NCBI GenBank assembly: GCA_043822785.1
Contig: JBDRBN010000068.1
Location: 1-51,968 of the forward strand
Length of the DNA stretch: 51,968 nt
Reading direction: 5' to 3'
Source: Pseudomonadota bacterium
Lineage (GTDB): Bacteria > UBA10199 > 2-02-FULL-44-16 > JAAZCA01
The translations under genes were made by a program, and so were the position numbers. The notes below the pieces were generated by a model. It saw only the letters and a list, made by a program, of their open reading frames with translations. It had not been told where the DNA came from and did no database searches. The stretch's first letter is position 1. The number at the start of each line of letters is the position of its first letter. This document shows positions 45,217-51,968 of the stretch, piece after piece.

Positions 45217-46170
45217 ATGACCACATCTGCATTCGAAAACACGATTTCACAAAAGCGTTCATCATCACTTAAAGTTTGGTTGCGTGCGCTCAGGCCTGAG
45301 TCATTTCCAGTATCCGTTGTGCCTGCGCTGCTTGGCATAGCTATCGCATGGTCCCAGGGTTATCGCATAGATCTTCCACTTGCGCTTATGACCCTTGTGG
45401 GCGCTGTGGCAATCCACGCTGCTACAAATCTTTTGCAAGACTACTTTGATTATACGAACGGCTTGGATCGTCCCCACACCCTTGGTGGAAGTGGCGTTTT
45501 GGTGCGAGGGGAGCTTGCACCGTCCGACATATTAATAGCATCAGGTGTCTTCTTTGCCATCTCTGCTGCTCTTGCAGTCATCCTAATCATTCATGTTGGC
45601 TATTTGCTTCTATGGTTTGTAGCAGCAGGCCTCATCTTGGGCGCTGGCTATGCTATTCCGAGATATGGGCTCAAGTATTTATTGCTCGGCGATATAGCGG
45701 TATTTGCAGCCTTTGGCATTGGCATAACCATGGGCTCATATGTCATACAGACAGGCAGTCTTAATTGGCATCCGCTTATCTGTGCAGTGCCATTTGGCCT
45801 GCTTATTGTCGCTCTGCTGCACGCAAACAACATGCGCGACATGTTAACCGATCTTGAAGCAGGGCATAAAAACTTAGCATATAGGTTGGGCATAAGAAAC
45901 TCTTTGCTCTATTATGCCTTTCTCATCTTTGGCGCATATGTCCTTCCTATGGTTTTTGTTTTTATGGGGCACTTGCACAGGGGCGTTTTTCTCATACTCA
46001 TTACCCTTCCCTTAGCAGTGCGCTTGTTTAGGGATGTATGGAATTCTGAGGCGCAATGCAGTGATGTGCTTGGATCTGCAGTCATTCGCACGGCAAAGCT
46101 TTCGTTATGTTTTGGAATCACTATGCTAATAGGCATTATCGGCAGCACGCTGATATCTTTAAGAAGCTAG
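45217..46170 (+). CDS. menA: UbiA-family prenyltransferase, MenA-like (DHNA octaprenyltransferase)
   Basis: W..ALRP, NLLQDYFDY..GLD, KY..LGD..VF, NNMRDM.TD..AGHK.LA..LG. Confidence 0.8.
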   Translation: MTTSAFENTISQKRSSSLKVWLRALRPESFPVSVVPALLGIAIAWSQGYRIDLPLALMTLVGAVAIHAATNLLQDYFDYTNGLDRPHTLGGSGVLVRGELAPSDILIASGVFFAISAALAVILIIHVGYLLLWFVAAGLILGAGYAIPRYGLKYLLLGDIAVFAAFGIGITMGSYVIQTGSLNWHPLICAVPFGLLIVALLHANNMRDMLTDLEAGHKNLAYRLGIRNSLLYYAFLIFGAYVLPMVFVFMGHLHRGVFLILITLPLAVRLFRDVWNSEAQCSDVLGSAVIRTAKLSLCFGITMLIGIIGSTLISLRS

Positions 46171-46249
46171 AGGCTAGAAGCTAGAGGTCAGATAAAAAAA
46201 GAAGCTAGAAGCTGTTATCTAGCATCTAGCTTCTGACTTCTAGCTTCTG
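46162..46249. repeat. Inverted heptamer (AGAAGCT) repeat array between convergent genes
   Basis: Same family as 7049-7111; can form a hairpin. Confidence 0.7.
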
Positions 46250-46251
46250 CC

Positions 46252-46608
46252 TTACTGTTTTGCCAAACACCTGCAATAGCACCGGCCCTTAGAACAATCG
46301 AGCAGGATATTTGTATAGCTGTCATAATTGTAGGCGAGCACGCCTCGGCTTTCGCTCAGCGGCCCTCCGCCGTATTGCCTGTCAAAATCAGCTCGATCGC
46401 TGGATTTTCCTCTGGATTTGAAATTCGCTGCATATTGCATGCAGTCCGTCATGCTCCTGGTCCTCTCAGCAGATGCTACATCGGAGGATGACTGGCTTCT
46501 GAGAGATGTTTGCTTCTGGTATTTGTGAGCAGAAGCGCTCGATATCATGATAGACAGCGCGATTGCTACAAATACACCTACTGCCAAAAACACATAGCCC
46601 TTTTTCAT
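46252..46608 (-). CDS. Small secreted Cys-containing hypothetical protein
   Basis: SD AAGGGGG, signal peptide ending ASA, C-terminal C-x4-C-x-C-x-C. Confidence 0.7.
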   Translation of the reverse strand: MKKGYVFLAVGVFVAIALSIMISSASAHKYQKQTSLRSQSSSDVASAERTRSMTDCMQYAANFKSRGKSSDRADFDRQYGGGPLSESRGVLAYNYDSYTNILLDCSKGRCYCRCLAKQ

Positions 46609-46675
46609 GATGACCCCCTTTTATGTTTAGTTCTTGGATGAAAAATCATATCCATCTCATAAGAGCAATCGAATT

Positions 46676-47740
46676 CTAGGAAGTTACTTCATGTGGCGGA
46701 AAAATGAGCCGAATTGTGGTTCCTTTGCCCCGGGCAGACTCCAGAATAGCCTGTCCGCCATAGAGGTTCATAAGGTAGTTCACAGTGGTTAGCCCAAGGC
46801 CTAAACCCTCGATGTTTCCAGTGAAATCGTCATCGCGCTGTGTGAATGCCTGAAAGGCGTTTTGCTGTACAGCAGGTGGGATGCCTGGCCCATCATCCGA
46901 GATGTCCATGACCATCTCGCCAGTCTCTTCGCTTTTTCTGCATGAGATAGAGATCGTCACTCCACGTTTTTTAGAAAATTTTACGGAGTTATCCAGAATA
47001 CACTCGAGCACGGTCGTAAATAGCGTCTCGCGAAAACTGATCTGTGTATCATCGGTTTCGATCGTGTGCCTCAGTTTAACAGGTTTTGGGTGGCTTCTGT
47101 GCGCAAAGCTTTCGCTGAACTCCTTGGCAACCTTTGCAGCATCAATGCAGCAGCTCTCTGCCTTCAGGCGCTCATCGCGCAAACTCGTAAAGGTGATGAG
47201 GCGATTTATTATATCTACGAGCTGGCTCATCTTGCGCTGCGAGGTCTCGACCACCTCCATCTGATGTTCGTTGAGCGGGCCCAGCACGCAATCTGCAAGG
47301 TTTGATAGACTAATGCTGATGACGCTAGCAGGCGTGCGAAGCCTATGCGATATAAATGATAGAAAGTCTTGTTTGATTTCTTTATCGCGCTGTTCTTCAG
47401 TTACATCCCTTATCAGCAAAATGCGCTTTCCGTCTTCTGTGGGGCGGCTCATATAGAGCGCAAGCGTCATGTCGTAGGATCTGTCAGCTGGGTTTGAGGC
47501 CTTAAAATCCAGACTGCTATCCTCGGCCGACTCAATGTCTGCGAGATCTGTGCTCAGGATGAAGGAGCTAGCGAGCTTAGGCCTTAGGTCCTCGCTTATT
47601 CTTTTCTCTGTGGCTGAGAGCCCTAGATATCTGCGGCCATTTTCGTTTGCGTAGAGTATGTGCCAATCAGCGTCCAGCACCAGAATGCCTTCTGACATCT
47701 TGTTAAACACACCAACGAGCGAGTCGCGATCTGAAATCAT
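46676..47740 (-). CDS. PAS-domain sensor histidine kinase (start MISDRD)
   Basis: EGILVLD...ILYAN PAS, ISHRLRTP, DNSVKFS, DDGPGI, GLGLGL; upstream ORF extension lies in a repeat. Confidence 0.85.
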   Translation of the reverse strand: MISDRDSLVGVFNKMSEGILVLDADWHILYANENGRRYLGLSATEKRISEDLRPKLASSFILSTDLADIESAEDSSLDFKASNPADRSYDMTLALYMSRPTEDGKRILLIRDVTEEQRDKEIKQDFLSFISHRLRTPASVISISLSNLADCVLGPLNEHQMEVVETSQRKMSQLVDIINRLITFTSLRDERLKAESCCIDAAKVAKEFSESFAHRSHPKPVKLRHTIETDDTQISFRETLFTTVLECILDNSVKFSKKRGVTISISCRKSEETGEMVMDISDDGPGIPPAVQQNAFQAFTQRDDDFTGNIEGLGLGLTTVNYLMNLYGGQAILESARGKGTTIRLIFPPHEVTS

Positions 47741-47763
47741 CGATTTTCCCCCAAGGATCTCAT

Positions 47764-47825
47764 GGGATCCTTCGGGAGCCAAGCTCCCTCAGGATGACCG
47801 CTTGGAAAAATTCCCAAGCGGTCAT
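47764..47825. repeat. REP-like element plus adjacent hairpin
   Basis: gggatccttcgggagccaagctccctcaggatgac; atgaccgcttgg...ccaagcggtcat. Confidence 0.65.
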
Positions 47826-47970
47826 TTATCTCAAAATTGAAGGATGCTAGCAAGCAAAGACAGTCTTCCATCAACATTTTCCAATTTCTTTTTTGCACTT
47901 TTTATGGGAAATTCGGCACTGATAATTCAGAGAGTCGGGCACGGACGCGGATGCGACCTGGGGAGGATAA

Positions 47971-48336
47971 ATGGAATATATCATAAAGAGTATAGGCATC
48001 TTGATAGCGGTATTAGGAGTTGTCTTTTCCACAATGCCGTCATTGATGACAGCGGTCTTTGAGTTCGTGAAAAAGGGAAAAAACGTTTATGGTGCGGCAG
48101 TCATAAGAATCGTTTTGGGTGGCTTATTGCTGTGGGCTTCGCCTGTGGCCACGATCATGTGGATGCCGCTTGTCATAGGAATTCTTATGGTTGCAAGCGG
48201 AATACTGATATTTGTCTTGGGCATAGCCAGATGCCATGCCTTCATTAGCTGGTGGGAGGCCAAGCCCGAGCACCTAAGGCGCGCCATGGCAATTGTTGCG
48301 GCGTTCATTGGCATCCTACTCATCTATTCAGCCTGA
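47971..48336 (+). CDS. Small 4-TM membrane protein (DUF2065-like)
   Basis: SD GGAGG; four hydrophobic segments. Confidence 0.65.
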   Translation: MEYIIKSIGILIAVLGVVFSTMPSLMTAVFEFVKKGKNVYGAAVIRIVLGGLLLWASPVATIMWMPLVIGILMVASGILIFVLGIARCHAFISWWEAKPEHLRRAMAIVAAFIGILLIYSA

Positions 48337-48522
48337 TGGCTAACGGCTAACGGCTAACGGCTAACGGCTAACGGCTAACGGCTAACGGCTATGGGAGACA
48401 TTATAAGCTGTAGGTTGTAAGTCGTAAGCGAACAGAGTGAGCGAGCTGTTAGCCGTAAGTGAGTACAGCGAACGAGCTGCAAGCTGTTTGCTGTGAGCGA
48501 GCAAAGCGAACGAGCCATCAGG
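48332..48522. repeat. Compound repeat: (GGCTAAC)x7 tandem array plus degenerate inverse arm, bounded by a 10-bp IR
   Basis: cctgatggct...agccatcagg; tandem array 48338-48391. Confidence 0.8.
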
Positions 48523-48529
48523 AACTATC

Positions 48530-49660
48530 ATGTTTTGCTTTGAACTCGAAAAAACTAGCAAGGATAGCCAGGGTAGGCTTGGCAGGATAACTACATCTCA
48601 TGGTGAGATTCGCACTCCTGTGTTCATGCCTGTGGGCACGCAAGGCACGGTTAAAGCCACTACTCCAGAAGAGCTTCGGGAGTTGGGTGTACAGATAATA
48701 CTTAGCAATACCTATCATCTGTATCTTCGTCCTGGGCATGAGCGCATAAAGAATCTAGGCGGTCTGCATAAATTCATGCATTGGGATGGTCCCATCCTTA
48801 CTGACTCTGGCGGCTACCAGATCTTTTCGCTCGCTGATCTGCGAAGAAAGTTCACAGAAGAGGGTGTAGAGTTTCAGAGCCACATCGATGGTGGTGCTAG
48901 GCACACCCTTACCCCAGAGCTTGCCATAGAGATTCAAGAGGCGCTTGGCAGCGACATCATGATGGTGTTGGACGAATGCACTCCATATCCTGCAGATGAG
49001 ACTTTAGCTCGTGCGTCCATGGAACTATCTCTTTTGTGGGCTGCTCGCTGTCTTGATACGCGCAAGTCGGATAATGGCCTTTTTGGCATAGTGCAGGGTG
49101 GGATGCACGCGCATTTGAGAAGGGAGTGTGTAAACCGACTTCTTGAAATAGAAGACGACAGGGGATTTGATGGCATGGCTTTGGGCGGGCTATCTGTGGG
49201 CGAGCCCATAGAGCTTATGTACGAGATGGTTGATGCATCGGTTTCTGCTCTTCCTAAGGACAGACCGCGCTATCTCATGGGCGTGGGCACACCCGAAGAC
49301 CTGGTTGAATGTATGGACATGGGCATAGATATGTTCGATTGCGTCATGCCCACAAGGCATGGTAGAAACGGCAGCCTGTTTACGTCTACTGGGGATATAA
49401 ACATTGAGAATTCACGGTTTACAGATGATCCCAAACCTGTGGATGAGGCTTGCTCTTGCTACACCTGCACAAATTACGGCCGCGCATACCTAAACCATCT
49501 GTTTCGCGCAAAGGAGATATTAGCGGCCAGACTGGCTACAATTCACAATTTACAATTCTACCTCGATCTGATAGATCGAGCTGCTCTGGCTTTGAGAGAA
49601 GATAACTATTCGGAATTTAAGCGAAATTTTTTGACATGTAGAAATTCCGGAAAGAGTTGA
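48530..49660 (+). CDS. tgt: Queuine tRNA-guanine transglycosylase
   Basis: TPVFMPVGT, NTYHL, TDSGGYQ, GIVQGG, DCVMPTR, C.C..C...H zinc site. Confidence 0.97.
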   Translation: MFCFELEKTSKDSQGRLGRITTSHGEIRTPVFMPVGTQGTVKATTPEELRELGVQIILSNTYHLYLRPGHERIKNLGGLHKFMHWDGPILTDSGGYQIFSLADLRRKFTEEGVEFQSHIDGGARHTLTPELAIEIQEALGSDIMMVLDECTPYPADETLARASMELSLLWAARCLDTRKSDNGLFGIVQGGMHAHLRRECVNRLLEIEDDRGFDGMALGGLSVGEPIELMYEMVDASVSALPKDRPRYLMGVGTPEDLVECMDMGIDMFDCVMPTRHGRNGSLFTSTGDINIENSRFTDDPKPVDEACSCYTCTNYGRAYLNHLFRAKEILAARLATIHNLQFYLDLIDRAALALREDNYSEFKRNFLTCRNSGKS

Positions 49661-49717
49661 AGAACGAATAACGAACTACGAAAAAGCGCTTCGCGCTTTT
49701 TTAAGAAAGGAGAAGTC

Positions 49718-50056
49718 ATGTTGATGAATATCTCGATTCCAGGAGTCTTAGCAATGGCAGCGTCCCCGGGCGGCAGCGGTGGTGGGCAAGGAAGCCTTTT
49801 GTCCACGCTGCTTCCTTTGGTTGTGATCTTTGCCATCTTCTATTTTCTCATGATCAGACCCCAGCAGAAGCAGCAGAAGAGGCACAAGGAGATGCTCACA
49901 GCCCTTAAGAAGGGCGACAAAGTTGTTACCCGCGGCGGCATGATGGGCACGGTGTATGCTATTGCTGAAAGCATCGTCACATTAGAAGTGGCTGACAATG
50001 TAAAAATCAAATTCAGCCGCGAATCCATCGCAGGAGTTGAAGGCGCGACTGAATAA
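49718..50056 (+). CDS. yajC: Preprotein translocase subunit YajC
   Basis: FYFLMIRPQQK, L.KGDKVVT.GG; tgt-yajC-secD synteny. Confidence 0.95.
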   Translation: MLMNISIPGVLAMAASPGGSGGGQGSLLSTLLPLVVIFAIFYFLMIRPQQKQQKRHKEMLTALKKGDKVVTRGGMMGTVYAIAESIVTLEVADNVKIKFSRESIAGVEGATE

Positions 50057-50077
50057 AGCACTTAAGGAAACACACAG

Positions 50078-51817
50078 ATGATGCCTACAGCATGGAAATG
50101 GAAACTAGCGCTGCTCATCGGTTTGGTATTTGTGGCGATCTATCTGCTGGTGCCTACGCTCTTTGGTTTTACTGAAAAGAAGGAAGCGGCGGATTTAGAA
50201 GGAAAGCCTCTTCCCTGGTACTTCTCTGTCTTTCATGACAAGGGAATAAACCTCGGCCTAGACTTAAGAGGCGGCATCTATATGGAGTTTGAGGTCGAGA
50301 CGGGTAAAGCCATAACGAACAAGATCGATACTATAATGACAGACCTTGAGCGTTGGCTTAAGGGAGAGTCAATTCCCTTTACGTCTATTAAACAAGACAC
50401 CTCAAAGCACATCATCCTCATTTCAGGTCTAAGCGATGAGAACAGAAAGAGGATCGCCGATTTTGTAAACCAAAGCTACAAGGATTTGCTACAAAGAGTT
50501 TCTATTCCAGATGAACCAAAGAGTACGGTGACTTTGAGACTGGCTGATAGCTACACTAAATACCTAAATGATCAGATCGTAAAGCAGGCATTGGAAAAGG
50601 TAAGAAACCGCATTGATCGCTATGGCGTTGCAGAACCAAGCATCCAACGCCTGGGCTCAGACCGCATTGCCATTGAACTGCCAGGTGTTAAGGATCCGGA
50701 TCGTGCTATTGGCATAATAAAGAAGGCAGGCCAGCTGGAGTTTAAGATCGTAAACGAGACCATAGCTGAGCCCAACCTCGTGCAGATGGTGAATGAGGTT
50801 CGTAAAGAAAACGAGCTGCCGGATGATTATTCTCTTAAGACGGTTGAGAGGATAAACGCGCTGCTTAAGGATAAGCTGCCTGAGGATACAGTGGTGGCAT
50901 TTGAGATGCAGTATGATCCAGTGACTCGCAAGATCACTGGCGCGAAACCATATCTTCTAAACCGTAAAGCCGCAGTCACTGGCGAGATGCTAAAGAACGC
51001 CCAAGTTAATGTGCACGAGAACCAACCATATGTGAGCCTCACCTTTGATGCCCAGGGCACACAACTCTTTGGCGAGACCACCACAAACAGCGTGGGCAAG
51101 CGCATGGCCATCCTCTTGGACGGCACGGTCACGAAGGCCCCTGTCATACGCGAGCCCATCTTAGGCGGCCAAGCGCAGATCACGCTTGGCTACGGCAACT
51201 ACGCTAATCTTTTAAAAGAGGCCGAGGACCTAACGTTAGTATTGCAAGAGGGTGCGCTTCCTGCGCAGCTTACCGAGGCTACAAAGACTGTAGTGGGACC
51301 ATCGTTGGGTGCAGATTCGATTCGCTCTGGAACCATTGCCACAGTAATAGGTGCGCTCATCGTCTGCATCTTCATGCTGTTTTACTACAAATGGTCAGGA
51401 CTTATCGCCAACGCTGCGCTTCTGTTTAACCTGCTCTTCATACTCGCGGCTATGGCCTTGTTTCAGGCAACGCTAACCCTGCCGGGCATCGCCGGCATTG
51501 CGCTTACCATGGGTATGGCTGTGGACGCCAACGTGCTCATATACGAGCGAATACGCGAAGAGCTGAGGTTTGGCAAAGGACCCAGGGCTGCTGTTGAGTC
51601 TGGATATGGCAATGCCATGCGCACGATCATAGATTCCAACATCACAACTATCATCGCGGGTGTGGTACTCTATCAGTTTGGAACCGGTCCGATCAGGGGC
51701 TTTGCAGTTACTCTCATCACAGGCCTTTTGGTCAGCATGTACACGGCATGCATCTGCACGCGCATGGTATATGATTACCTCATCATCAAGTGGAGGGTGA
51801 AGAGAATAAGTGTTTAA
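50078..51817 (+). CDS. secD: Protein translocase subunit SecD
   Basis: LGLDLRGG, RIDRYGVAEP, VGPSLG, TLPGIAG, DANVLIYERIREE, GPIRGFA. Confidence 0.96.
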   Translation: MMPTAWKWKLALLIGLVFVAIYLLVPTLFGFTEKKEAADLEGKPLPWYFSVFHDKGINLGLDLRGGIYMEFEVETGKAITNKIDTIMTDLERWLKGESIPFTSIKQDTSKHIILISGLSDENRKRIADFVNQSYKDLLQRVSIPDEPKSTVTLRLADSYTKYLNDQIVKQALEKVRNRIDRYGVAEPSIQRLGSDRIAIELPGVKDPDRAIGIIKKAGQLEFKIVNETIAEPNLVQMVNEVRKENELPDDYSLKTVERINALLKDKLPEDTVVAFEMQYDPVTRKITGAKPYLLNRKAAVTGEMLKNAQVNVHENQPYVSLTFDAQGTQLFGETTTNSVGKRMAILLDGTVTKAPVIREPILGGQAQITLGYGNYANLLKEAEDLTLVLQEGALPAQLTEATKTVVGPSLGADSIRSGTIATVIGALIVCIFMLFYYKWSGLIANAALLFNLLFILAAMALFQATLTLPGIAGIALTMGMAVDANVLIYERIREELRFGKGPRAAVESGYGNAMRTIIDSNITTIIAGVVLYQFGTGPIRGFAVTLITGLLVSMYTACICTRMVYDYLIIKWRVKRISV

Positions 51818-51900
51818 CTTAAAATTCGAAATTAGCACTGCTGTCGCGTTAGAGGTGTTAACTGGTTGAAATATAAGAATTCATTTTTCTCATGTCTAGG

Positions 51901-51968
51901 TGTCATTGCGAGGAGCGTTTAGCGACGAAGCAATCTCCCGCAAACACAGGTTATAAGGGGATTGCTTC
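51901..51968. repeat. REP/RPE-like palindromic element (truncated by window end)
   Basis: tgtcattgcgaggagc...gacgaagcaatctcc...ggggattgcttc, same family as 36375-36458. Confidence 0.75.

Overview
Bacterial chromosomal window, probably from a deltaproteobacterial (sensu lato, Myxococcota/Bdellovibrionota-like) lineage; this is inferred from gene style only. From left to right: (1) a RelE/HigB-type toxin-antitoxin pair; (2) an AsmA-like gene and a two-subunit xanthine/aldehyde-oxidoreductase-family molybdoenzyme, with no FAD subunit in the window; (3) a roughly 20 kb minus-strand run containing a non-canonical Pel exopolysaccharide cluster (split pelA, split pelB, no pelC, two stand-alone receiver proteins, an extra HEAT-repeat protein, pelD/E/F/G), with a divergent PelX-like epimerase and a Cys-rich sensor kinase; (4) an OPT transporter and an RRE-radical SAM/SPASM maturase facing an unannotated 33-aa gene that has its own promoter, RBS and terminator; (5) an accessory block where three copies of a ~74-bp LexA-box-like direct repeat bracket a BrnTA module and a CotH/DUF4956/VTC/DUF2490 module; (6) a sigma54-type operon of surface proteins (PEGA, lipoproteins, TSP3/beta-helix, OmpA/Pal, phage-tail-fibre-like adhesin); (7) tRNA-Val and tRNA-Asp with odd flanking structure; (8) uppP, menA-like, a kinase and tgt-yajC-secD. 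Many small palindromic repeats are present, several nested or inserted in coding sequence. All calls are by eye from motifs; no database searches were run.
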